Part shown: piece after piece, positions 27,415 to 35,880 of the stretch
Position numbering within the stretch: position 1 is the first letter of the stretch
Layout of the letters: the number at the start of each line of letters is the position of its first letter
IMG/VR virus record: IMGVR_UViG_3300038679_000011
Coordinates: 1-60,652 of that record
Length of the DNA stretch: 60,652 bases
Reading direction: 5' to 3' (one strand)
DNA from: a virus
Lineage: Duplodnaviria > Caudoviricetes
Notes under the pieces: model-generated
Database searches by the model: none
Seen by the model: the letters and a program-made list of their open reading frames with translations, nothing else
What the model was told of the DNA's origin: nothing
Made by a program: the position numbers and the translations under genes

Positions 27415-27649
27415 TAATTGTGGCAGTAATGAGCATGCTCTTGTTTTCGCTGAAGCGCTTTGACGTGGCGAATGTGTTTGCAGTCATGTCGCGGCGTATG
27501 CATCGTCCAACCGGGGCAAGAGCATTGCCATTGATACTTGAGGAACCCTGTGATTACTTCACTGACCACGTACTTTTTCCGCTGTCGCTCGTCACCGAGT
27601 AGCGATTCAGTTGAGCAACGTTTTTGATTCGTGTTTGTCTTGTCGTCAT
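27414..27649 (-). pseudogene. SWIM Zn-finger gene split by a frame break at GGAAAAAG
   Basis: ATG 27649 frame stops at 27554; the -1 frame carries KYVV...WQCSCPGW...CKH. Confidence 0.6.
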
Positions 27650-27679
27650 TGTCTTGTCTCCTACAAGGTGTGGTCGTCG

Positions 27680-27768
27680 TGGCTTGTCTCGTCAGGCGGG
27701 CAGTAGCCAGCTGCGTCGCGAACCGGCAGAGCGTATTCGAGCGAATCTTGCTCATGCCGGGTTTCGAC
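27680..27768 (-). ncRNA. Type II hammerhead ribozyme (CUGACGA core, UUC site, one stem III mismatch)
   Basis: GUC-GAAA-C-CCGGCA/UGCCGG-UUC-stem I GCG/CGC + GCAG/CUGC-CUGACGA-GAC; loop UGGCU pairs with 3' AGCCA; predicted cut 27720|27719. Confidence 0.78.
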
Positions 27769-27770
27769 TC

Positions 27771-28150
27771 TTTGACTTGGGTGGACTGTCCAGTGCGCTG
27801 TAAGGTACGGTGCGTCATCGCCGTCGTAGCTGCCTCATGTTGCAGCATGGTAGCAGTTCAGCTCGTCGTATGCGATCGCATCTTGTCGAGCAAACGCGTT
27901 CCCGTGTTACGGTCGCCTCAGATCGTCCTGGCGTCGTTTCACCCGGCCATAGCCAGCGGTGTATCAGCCTCTTGCTGCTACCAGCCCATGATCCCCACCT
28001 TACTCCCTTCGGTCCGCGGCATCGTCGTATTCGAGCGAATCTTGACGACCCAGGGTCCGAAGCTTTCGGCAGGGGACAAGCGGTAAGTCAGGTCCCGTGC
28101 GGGATTCAAGCCGTTACGTCGGTCCGCAGCAGGCTGCGTTCGGCTTCGTG
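27771..28150 (-). ncRNA. Candidate large structured non-coding RNA (unassigned)
   Basis: No RBS-led ORF; nested helices UGACUU/AAGUCA, GUCCCC/GGGGAU, CUUCGG/CCGAAG, UGGUAGCAG/CUGCUACCA and pseudoknot GUAAGGU/ACCUUAC. Confidence 0.6.
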
Positions 28151-28183
28151 TTATTCAATTTTCAATTCAATCCATTGAGTATC

Positions 28184-28212
28184 ATTTTAACCAATTGGTT
28201 CATCATGGTACA
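28184..28212 (-). promoter_or_regulatory. Putative sigma70-like early promoter
   Basis: TGTACC-17 bp-TAAAAT with AT-rich upstream sequence; same architecture as 43280-43308. Confidence 0.55.
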
Positions 28213-28262
28213 CAGGAAAATTGGAAAAACGTCACAAATTACTAAAATTTTCTCTTGTGACG

Positions 28263-28345
28263 TAAGTCGTGTTATACCCTGGACTTATACCTCAAAGCCT
28301 GGGTCAATCGGGTCGTCTCTAAGTCGTGCTATACCCTGGACTTAT
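28263..28345. promoter_or_regulatory. Two 26-bp direct repeats, each a TAAGTC-N13-GACTTA dyad
   Basis: TAAGTCGTGYTATACCCTGGACTTAT at 28263 and 28320. Confidence 0.7.
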
Positions 28346-28520
28346 GAATGCCACCTGAGGCCACCAGAGGCTCTAGGACGGCCTATCGGCCTATTCAATC
28401 GAATCGTATTGACCAGGGGTCGACATCGACCTGGGCAGCCTCAGGTGGCATCCTATACATCGTCACGACGACACGCCGGTCGCATGGTACGCCGAACTAC
28501 TCTGGCTTGTACCCGCCGAA

Positions 28521-29765
28521 CTACTCTGGCTTGTACCCGCCGAACGCGTCGAACCACGTGTCGCTTCGTGGGTCATCGTAATGAACGAGCCGGTCAAGCA
28601 TCGCATCGACGAGTTCGAAGTTGGGGCGAGTGACACTTTTCCAGTACGCGAGCTCGTCGCTATACCGTATCGGGTCCTCAAGTTCGTTGACTCGCCGCTT
28701 GAAGTCGCCCGGTCGAGCTACTCTCCAGTCAGATTCGAGCGATAAGTACTGCTCAAGTGCATCGTAGGTCAGCGTGTGCTCGCCGTCGCCGAAGAGTAGC
28801 GGTACGCAGTTCTGCGACGTAAGGAAGTGAATCTTATTTGTCACGAACCGCGGGCCTGGCGCTACGCATGGGCAACACACACTTGCAGCCATCGCCGCAG
28901 CGCACTCGCTGAGCAACACGCACCCAGCGAACATCGGCCGAAGTGCATCGTATCGATGGTAATGTTCCCAGTCGCGGCCATAGATTTTGACGTCGCGGTT
29001 CATGAGTTCGACTGCGTCTTCCGTCGGCGATAGGATCGTGTCGAATGCACTCACGCGGTTATCACGTCCGTGGAACTTCGAATGCATGTAGCAGTGCGCT
29101 ATGATGCACGCAGGAACGTCTTTTATTACGTCTTTTACTTTTGGAGTCCACGTCCAACTCTCAGTCTGGCTCAGCACAGAGCGACGCAAGAACTGCTTGC
29201 CGCCTACAGTAACTCGCTTGTCGCATGCAGTCTGGTCGAGTAACGCAAGCGGACGCGTCCACTCAAATCCCCATGACATCTCTTGGTTGCGAGGGTAGCT
29301 GCGGATGTCGTTGTTGATGAGGAACCGCGGGATCTTGTAGCGCTCGAGCACGTGTAGCATCGGAGCGACGTAGCGCACTGACATCGCTGCGGGTCGTGAT
29401 CCTTCGGGGTTGTTGATGAAGCCAGTGCTCGTGGGCATGCCGGTAAACTCCAGCATGCACAGCGGGTTCCAAAACGGCAGCGCCTCGAGAGCGGCCTCGT
29501 CCCGGGCGAACCCACGCTCTTGCATCCGCTGCGTCGTGAACTCATCGAAGCCCTTGACGTACGGCTCGATGACGTGAACGCCGTCAAGACTTGGTCCGTC
29601 CCATCGTCCGAAGTAGACGACGTCCCATCGGTCAGTTTCGACGAGATGCCTGAGCAAGCCTTCGATTTCGCCCATTGTATGCATCGCAGACGACGGATGG
29701 TCCATCTCGCGAATGCGCATCGTCACGCCCGCTTTTGTTACTATGATGGTGTGTCGAGCTGTCAT
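28521..29765 (-). CDS. GT-B-fold glycosyltransferase-like protein, probable DNA glycosyltransferase
   Basis: 414 aa; LINNDIR, KIYGRDW and FVTNKIHF...CVPLL resemble the GT-B sugar-nucleotide lobe; last gene of the pol/TS operon. Confidence 0.5.
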   Translation of the reverse strand: MTARHTIIVTKAGVTMRIREMDHPSSAMHTMGEIEGLLRHLVETDRWDVVYFGRWDGPSLDGVHVIEPYVKGFDEFTTQRMQERGFARDEAALEALPFWNPLCMLEFTGMPTSTGFINNPEGSRPAAMSVRYVAPMLHVLERYKIPRFLINNDIRSYPRNQEMSWGFEWTRPLALLDQTACDKRVTVGGKQFLRRSVLSQTESWTWTPKVKDVIKDVPACIIAHCYMHSKFHGRDNRVSAFDTILSPTEDAVELMNRDVKIYGRDWEHYHRYDALRPMFAGCVLLSECAAAMAASVCCPCVAPGPRFVTNKIHFLTSQNCVPLLFGDGEHTLTYDALEQYLSLESDWRVARPGDFKRRVNELEDPIRYSDELAYWKSVTRPNFELVDAMLDRLVHYDDPRSDTWFDAFGGYKPE

Positions 29766-30673
29766 GATATCTCCTCTGCGTTCTTGGGTTTCTCGATGCG
29801 TCTCACAACGTGTGGAAACGCGTGCTTATAGTAGCAGTCTTTGCACTGACCGACCTTGCGACCGTGCTGCAAGTGCCAGCGATACGCCTGCATCGTCTCG
29901 CTGTTCCACGCGGCGAGCACGTCGCGGTAGTCGCCTACGACTGTAGGACTCGGTGACACCGGGGTCGTCACGCAGCACAGCACGATCTGACCGGTCCACC
30001 AGACCACGAGGCGCCTGTGCGGCTGGGCGCAGTACCGCTGCTTCTTCGGCAAGATCATGCCGTTTTCTTTGAGCGCACGCTCTATCTCCGGTATTAGGTA
30101 CGTGTGGCACACGGCGTGGCGGCTGATCTCAGGGTCGGTGACATCGACGAGCGTGAACAGCTTAGAGCGATGAGATGGTGCTCGCCACTCCACTTTGCCG
30201 TATGACGTCTCAACGTCTTCGTCACAGTTGCTCATGATGTTGAGTACCCTCTCGTACACATCCGTGTCGTACGCGTCCACGTTCAGCACGTTCAACCCGG
30301 CGTCGAACAGCGCACTCACTTGGTCCGTCTGCTTGAGCAAGTCGCCGTTCGACGTGATGAGTATCTTTGATCGTGGGCACGCCGCTCGGAATTGCCGGAT
30401 CTTGTCGGGCATCGTCTTGTCCAGCAAGGGCTCTCCTAAGTAGAACAGCTGCGCAGTGCCGTCGAATTCGAGCTCACCGAACTGCTCAATGAGCTTGTTA
30501 AAGACGTCCTGCGACATACGGCCCTCTTGGTCACGTGTTCTCATCCGTGACGGACAGAACACACACCGGCGGGTACACTTGCCGACTGTCTCGATTGACA
30601 CTCGGTTGAATAGCGGGTACGGCTCGCTGCACTTGAGCGGCGGCAGTGACTTCATCGACATCCAACTACTCAT
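29762..30673 (-). CDS. Radical SAM/SPASM-Twitch protein
   Basis: CTRRCVFC, GEPLLD, TSNGD, C-terminal CAQP..LCC..CKDC; ATGA overlap with pol stop. Confidence 0.9.
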   Translation of the reverse strand: MSSWMSMKSLPPLKCSEPYPLFNRVSIETVGKCTRRCVFCPSRMRTRDQEGRMSQDVFNKLIEQFGELEFDGTAQLFYLGEPLLDKTMPDKIRQFRAACPRSKILITSNGDLLKQTDQVSALFDAGLNVLNVDAYDTDVYERVLNIMSNCDEDVETSYGKVEWRAPSHRSKLFTLVDVTDPEISRHAVCHTYLIPEIERALKENGMILPKKQRYCAQPHRRLVVWWTGQIVLCCVTTPVSPSPTVVGDYRDVLAAWNSETMQAYRWHLQHGRKVGQCKDCYYKHAFPHVVRRIEKPKNAEEIS

Positions 30674-32601
30674 GTAGCCTCCTTGAATTTTACGTCGCCA
30701 GCATCTGATGACGCTTCTTTCCAGTTTTTTGATGAACGCCCACATGAGGTCCGAATTGGCACACGAAACTTAATAGCTGTGTCCTCGTACAGTTCCGCGA
30801 TTTTCTTGAGCACGGTCAAGTCCTGGCTGATCTCTTTTGGCACGTTGTTCAACGACTCATCATGAACGTAGGCACACGGCAAGATGCCGAGGTCCCGTAT
30901 CCACTTGTTGTAACGAGGTGCTGTAGCCACGGCACGCTCTTTCATGACGTCCGCGGCGCTTGACTGGATGACGGTATTGAACGCTCGGAATGCGGCTTTC
31001 ACAGGCAGCCGCCGCTGTCGGCCATAAGCATTAAAGACATACCCACGCACTTTTAAGTTGTTTGATGCCCGACGCATCGTACCCTTGAGCGTAGGTAGCG
31101 CTGCGAGATACTGATTATAGACTTGTTCACCTCTTGATCGGCAGAGTAATGCAAATGTTTGTTGGCGCTGACTTTCTTCGATCTTGCCTTGAACCACAAA
31201 CTCTTCTACTCGTTTTGACATCGCACCAACGAGTTCCATATTTGCAGATAGCATTGACACAATCTTGTCTTTCCCACCGCCAAACGCAATAGCAAAGTTG
31301 ACGTTCTTCGCTGGCTTTCGTGGGATGCCGCACATCTCAGCGACCCACGTATGAAAATCTGTATCGGGGTTGTCGTTATATGCTTGAATCGCATCAAGTG
31401 CTTGAATGTAGTGAACGATGAGTCGAAATTCAATCTGTGAGTAGTCGTATCTTACAAAGTCGTAACCCTTGAGTGGGTACACGAGTTCTTTGGCTTCAGG
31501 CGACAACTGCTGAGCGTTTGGTCGACGACACGACATGCGGCCTGTGCGAACTGTTTGGTTATAGTCAGGGTGCATAATGCCGTTGACTTCGTGCTCCTGA
31601 TATGGCCGAACAAAGAACGTCAGCAACGTGTTGATGTGACGATACCGTTGGATTTTTGTCACGATTGTCGTTAGTTCGTGAGAGCACTGCACGTCCGGAT
31701 GGGCCTGATACGAGATCAGAGTGTCCTTGTCGAATGACGGGTCACCGGTGTCAGTCCACCCGAGCACGGGCAAACCGTACTTGTTGCACAGCACTTCAAA
31801 GCAGTCTGGGTTCATGTGCGGTCGCATCGCTATCCCAGTGACCTCGTGCAGCTGCTCCTCAAGTCGCAACATCTCGTCGAGAATGATGACTTCCTTTTTG
31901 ATGAGCTCGGTGCGATCGACACGCATGCCAGTGACTTCCATGTCAAACAGCACAGGCGTTAGAGCAACCTCAGTGTCCCACACTTGCACCGTCTGCGAAT
32001 CCCGGCGACGCAGTATGTGCTGATAGAGCTTGCGGTTCGTTATGACGTCTTGACCGCCGTATTCACCGATGACGTCACCCGGCACGTCACCATAGTCCTT
32101 ACTCTTGCATCCACTTAAGTACGCCTGAACGCGCTCATCATATCGAGAAATGTCATCTTCAAGCCAGTCACGAGACAGCGAGTCAAGATCGTACTTGAGG
32201 CGGTCAGAGTCGATGAGCTTAGCGAGTACGACCGTATCAACGAGCTCGGTGTTACCGAAGTCAATCCCATCATAGCGGGCAAAGTGCGCATCAAATTTGA
32301 TGTTGTGGTTGATCCAACGCTTTGCAGATGTGACAGTGCATTTGAGCCACTGCATTACGTTGTCTACTGGCAAGTTCCACTTGTCCCGTGCACACCTGAC
32401 CGGAATGTACCATGCTCCAGGCATATCATCAGCTGTGATGCACACACCAGCGATCTTGTGGCCATGATGCGGCTTAAATGCAGATTCCTTGCAGTTGTAC
32501 GATCGTGTTTCAAAATCAACATACAAGTTCTCTGCATTCATTAAGTTAGGCAGTTCATTGAGCTCTTGCACAAGGCGAACACCGTTAGAGAACGAAAGCA
32601 T
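30670..32601 (-). CDS. Family A DNA polymerase with 3'-5' exonuclease
   Basis: DFET, NHNIKFD, TGRMS, DYSQIEFR, RKPAKNVNF and YVHDE motifs. Confidence 0.95.
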   Translation of the reverse strand: MLSFSNGVRLVQELNELPNLMNAENLYVDFETRSYNCKESAFKPHHGHKIAGVCITADDMPGAWYIPVRCARDKWNLPVDNVMQWLKCTVTSAKRWINHNIKFDAHFARYDGIDFGNTELVDTVVLAKLIDSDRLKYDLDSLSRDWLEDDISRYDERVQAYLSGCKSKDYGDVPGDVIGEYGGQDVITNRKLYQHILRRRDSQTVQVWDTEVALTPVLFDMEVTGMRVDRTELIKKEVIILDEMLRLEEQLHEVTGIAMRPHMNPDCFEVLCNKYGLPVLGWTDTGDPSFDKDTLISYQAHPDVQCSHELTTIVTKIQRYRHINTLLTFFVRPYQEHEVNGIMHPDYNQTVRTGRMSCRRPNAQQLSPEAKELVYPLKGYDFVRYDYSQIEFRLIVHYIQALDAIQAYNDNPDTDFHTWVAEMCGIPRKPAKNVNFAIAFGGGKDKIVSMLSANMELVGAMSKRVEEFVVQGKIEESQRQQTFALLCRSRGEQVYNQYLAALPTLKGTMRRASNNLKVRGYVFNAYGRQRRLPVKAAFRAFNTVIQSSAADVMKERAVATAPRYNKWIRDLGILPCAYVHDESLNNVPKEISQDLTVLKKIAELYEDTAIKFRVPIRTSCGRSSKNWKEASSDAGDVKFKEAT

Positions 32602-33079
32602 AGTTGCGTCCTTTCAGTGCACAGAGCCATTCAACGGCCTTGTGATACTGCGAGTCTTCTCGTAAGTACTTTACATTAAATGTACGTATCTTCGAGTTAA
32701 GCAATTCTAATCCATGTACAGTGCGGTACGGTCGTCGCCATGCAAAAGCGACAATCGACGAACAGTTCAAAATAAGGCGAGCGCATCCCTCGCATGCTGC
32801 TGTCGTACAGTACATGATGCACGGCTTGTTTACGGCACCGAGTTTTGCGATTGCATTAATTTCAGCATGAATGCATCCGCACTGGCCCTGTTCGTTCGTG
32901 CACGAATCATTTGGTAATGCAGCAGGTGGACCGTTGTACCCAATCGATAATACATGCGTGCAGTCAATCGGAAAAACAATTGCGCCACACTGAAGTCGTT
33001 TGCATGTACTTAAGTGCGAAATCGATTCAGCGAATCCGAAAAATGTCTCCAATTTGCAGATGTAGCGCTCTATGTCCAT
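32585..33079 (-). CDS. dCMP deaminase
   Basis: STCKRLQCGA, GYNG, HAEINA and CEGC motifs. Confidence 0.9.
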   Translation of the reverse strand: MDIERYICKLETFFGFAESISHLSTCKRLQCGAIVFPIDCTHVLSIGYNGPPAALPNDSCTNEQGQCGCIHAEINAIAKLGAVNKPCIMYCTTAACEGCARLILNCSSIVAFAWRRPYRTVHGLELLNSKIRTFNVKYLREDSQYHKAVEWLCALKGRNYAFVL

Positions 33080-33645
33080 GTTGATACTCCAGCTGCAGCA
33101 AGTTGACGCAAGTAGTCGTCAACTATACTCGTTACTAATTCACGGTTGTCGCTTGGCCAGTCATCGTTGCCATATTTAACGTAGCCGTAGTCAACATTCA
33201 TTGTATACTCGTGGTAACGTCCCGTCGTATCAATGATACTAACGAAAGCTTTGTTGACGTCAATAATTTGCTGCGGCGTAAATACTTCATCGCGAAAAGG
33301 GTGCTCATGTTCAACGTGATCCGCGAACCAACACGGTTCACCAGCAAGAACAACTGTAATAGAAGCAGCTTTCTTTAATGAAGCGTCCAGACTTTTGTAT
33401 ATCGATGGTGCAATTCTTGAACAACCTCTAAGTGTACTTCCGTACACTACTTCTGACATGATAAACCGGTCCATAACTACGCGATGATTGATGAACGGCA
33501 AGTAGTCAAGAAAGTAATTCCAACATTTCGGTAAAAGACCGAAGTGTTGAGGAATTGCTGCATACCCGCGATTCTCAAGTTCTTTCAAGAGCGCTTTTAT
33601 GAACGTCGTTTTGCCTACTAAGTCACTGCCTTCAACAATTAACAT
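33070..33645 (-). CDS. dNMP (thymidylate-kinase-like) kinase
   Basis: LIVEGSDLVGKTT, MDRFIMSEVVYG; AGGAGG RBS before ATG 33645. Confidence 0.85.
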   Translation of the reverse strand: MLIVEGSDLVGKTTFIKALLKELENRGYAAIPQHFGLLPKCWNYFLDYLPFINHRVVMDRFIMSEVVYGSTLRGCSRIAPSIYKSLDASLKKAASITVVLAGEPCWFADHVEHEHPFRDEVFTPQQIIDVNKAFVSIIDTTGRYHEYTMNVDYGYVKYGNDDWPSDNRELVTSIVDDYLRQLAAAGVSTWT

Positions 33646-34666
33646 TATTAAGGCCCTCCTGTAAAAGTTTTGAGTGTATTTTTGGCGCATTAGATCGGCA
33701 CCACTTATTTGCACAGCATGCTACAAGGTCACGAAGCATCTCGTTATTACTGATGCAATCTGAATCGTCTTCTAACCAGCCGTCGATGTCGCTTGCATCA
33801 GTTCGTGAGTCAAGTCTGTAGATTGTTTCGTAGTTCACAGCACTCACCGTTTGAGCTGCCCAATCTGGCATCGACAGTCTAGACCATGCATGTGAACAAA
33901 ACTCTGCATGCGAACTAAAAACGTGGTCACTTTTAAAGTACTCGTTTTGTGCCTCGTTTGCAGCTGGGCAATTTCTTGTATACAAGTGTAAGCTTGCTGC
34001 TTGGTGTATGTATTGTCCAGGCCTAGCGCCGATTGCTTGAGCAACTAGTCGTAAGATGCAAGTAAACGCAAATACATCATACGGCAGTCCGAGCCATGCG
34101 TCGTTGCTTCGCATTGTCGTTATAAGATTCAAAGTTTTATTTCTTAATACAAAGTGCATCGACAATGTACACGGCAAGTCTTTGTGGTCGCCTGCAATCG
34201 CGTGCATCAAGTCGTTAGCTTCCCACATCGTCACGACAGCTTGGCGAGTGTCAGGCTTCTTCTTGAGTAAATCGATAGCTGCAGTAAGTTGGTCGCCGCA
34301 GTACTCGGACCGTGCTATTTTCCACATATCACGATCTATCATATTGCGAACCCATCGGTCGCCATACGCACCGTACGCAATATTGTCTTCAGCAAATTTT
34401 TCGTACTGCGGTGCATATGCCTTAATCATCGCGATGTCTCGAGTTCGCGATAAGTACCACAGGACTTCAGCGCATGCATAGTGCGGGGACAACTTACGCC
34501 TTGGATTGATAGCAAATGTATGGTCAGTGTCTATAAGTACGCCCTTATAACCAAGCAACTCATAGCTTTCGCCGTTGCGACTTTGAACACGTGAACCGTT
34601 CTTCAAAATCTCTCTCCAAGCATCAGCAACCATATGGTCGACGCTTGAGTATACTTCTGCTAACAT
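33632..34666 (-). CDS. Thymidylate-synthase homolog, predicted dCMP hydroxymethylase/methylase
   Basis: YGAYG, DTRQAV, catalytic PC, MRSND..LGLPYD (Asp in place of the dUMP-specifying Asn), SLHLY. Confidence 0.8.
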   Translation of the reverse strand: MLAEVYSSVDHMVADAWREILKNGSRVQSRNGESYELLGYKGVLIDTDHTFAINPRRKLSPHYACAEVLWYLSRTRDIAMIKAYAPQYEKFAEDNIAYGAYGDRWVRNMIDRDMWKIARSEYCGDQLTAAIDLLKKKPDTRQAVVTMWEANDLMHAIAGDHKDLPCTLSMHFVLRNKTLNLITTMRSNDAWLGLPYDVFAFTCILRLVAQAIGARPGQYIHQAASLHLYTRNCPAANEAQNEYFKSDHVFSSHAEFCSHAWSRLSMPDWAAQTVSAVNYETIYRLDSRTDASDIDGWLEDDSDCISNNEMLRDLVACCANKWCRSNAPKIHSKLLQEGLNNVNC

Positions 34667-34667
34667 G

Positions 34668-35867
34668 TTAAGTGTCCTCCCTTAAAGGCGGTACGTAGTG
34701 AGTCAAATTAAACACCTTTTCTAGTGGCTTAGCACTTGATACTGTAAAGTCTTCTCCGATGAAATGACCAGTATGGTGGTCATAATTTGACTCAAAGTCC
34801 TCGTTGCCCCAGGCATCGGTGAGGTAGGCCTTGATTTGCTCTGCAAGCCATTTGCCGGTTGCGGGCACGACGCCTTTGCCGATCTGAGAGATGGGCTGAG
34901 GTCCCACCGGTATGAACCCGTTGGCCCATCCCATCATGGCTGCAATCTCGCCGACCGTGAGCGGACGGTTCTCCCACGGGTGCAAGTACCTGTGCGCACT
35001 CGATGAGATAGTCGGACAGCTCTTCTTCGGATCGAGTCGAAACGGCGAATGCAGGCTGAACGGCAGTCCTGACGTCCGAAACTCCCATTTTTCCCAGAGC
35101 TCAGGACTCAAGACCTTGAGGTCGTTTGGCCGCGTCTTGGCTATCCGGGTATATGACTCGCCCGGCGACATGTGCTGGATCATCTGTATGTGCTGGTCGT
35201 TGAGCAGGTGATACGTGTATGCATCGTAGTTTGACCGTTTCTTGTTTCGGATGTCACCAGCTCTAGTTGGCTTGCCAGCGAACTCGGGTCGTTGCAACAC
35301 GTCTCCAGCTGTCACTCTATACTCGGGCAAGTCAGGTAGTGTGATGTTGAAGTTTCGGTCATTTTTATAAGCGACGTAGAAGTACCTACGACGAAACTGC
35401 GCATTGCCCTCGGCCGCTGTGTTCACGAACAAGTGACACACGCGATAGCCGTTAGGAACAAAGAGTTCTTGCGTCAACTTGTTGAGCAGCGGTTTACCCA
35501 CGCTGTAAATTTGTTGTACACTTTCAAAAGTTATCAGTTCGAACTTGACTTCAACGCCAAACTTACATAAGTCCCAGATGTCTTGTGTAGGTGCAGCTGT
35601 GGGACCACGTGACTTTGAACTGCAGCCCGAGCTGTAATTTGAGAATGCAGTACACCGAGGGTTACCATAACAAAATTGGCAGCTCTTCCACACAGACTCA
35701 TAGTCAAGCCAGTCAGTCCAACGACTTACATTGATGAACTCTACATCCATCGCTTCGACTGTCTGCCGTCCAAAGTCATGAATTTCAAATTGAGCATCGA
35801 CAGGTATAGCCTGCCTAACGCCTTGTGTGAATCCGCCTGCAAACACGTGAATTCCGAGTCCCTTCAT
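34668..35867 (-). CDS. Divergent DNA cytosine-C5 methyltransferase
   Basis: HVFAGG (I), GNPRCTAFS (IV), FESV (VI), QFRRRYFYVA (VIII), R.LT..E...MGW and QIGKGV (IX/X). Confidence 0.75.
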   Translation of the reverse strand: MKGLGIHVFAGGFTQGVRQAIPVDAQFEIHDFGRQTVEAMDVEFINVSRWTDWLDYESVWKSCQFCYGNPRCTAFSNYSSGCSSKSRGPTAAPTQDIWDLCKFGVEVKFELITFESVQQIYSVGKPLLNKLTQELFVPNGYRVCHLFVNTAAEGNAQFRRRYFYVAYKNDRNFNITLPDLPEYRVTAGDVLQRPEFAGKPTRAGDIRNKKRSNYDAYTYHLLNDQHIQMIQHMSPGESYTRIAKTRPNDLKVLSPELWEKWEFRTSGLPFSLHSPFRLDPKKSCPTISSSAHRYLHPWENRPLTVGEIAAMMGWANGFIPVGPQPISQIGKGVVPATGKWLAEQIKAYLTDAWGNEDFESNYDHHTGHFIGEDFTVSSAKPLEKVFNLTHYVPPLREDT

Positions 35868-35880
35868 GTGCTTTGCCTCC

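Noticed and set aside
27650-27848. 5' extension of ORF 27414..27848 as real coding sequence
   Set aside because: It runs through the hammerhead and the leader with no RBS; the leader-associated ATG at 27649 is in another frame
27771-28150. Large leader as a group I/II intron, RNase P or tmRNA
   Set aside because: A GACAGUCC segment recalls the group I S element but has no P7 partner; no domain V, no RNase P GAGGAAAGUCC and no tRNA-like ends were found
33632-34666. Ordinary thymidylate synthase (thyA)
   Set aside because: Asp replaces the dUMP-specifying Asn, and the gene lies with a dNMP kinase and a GT-like gene
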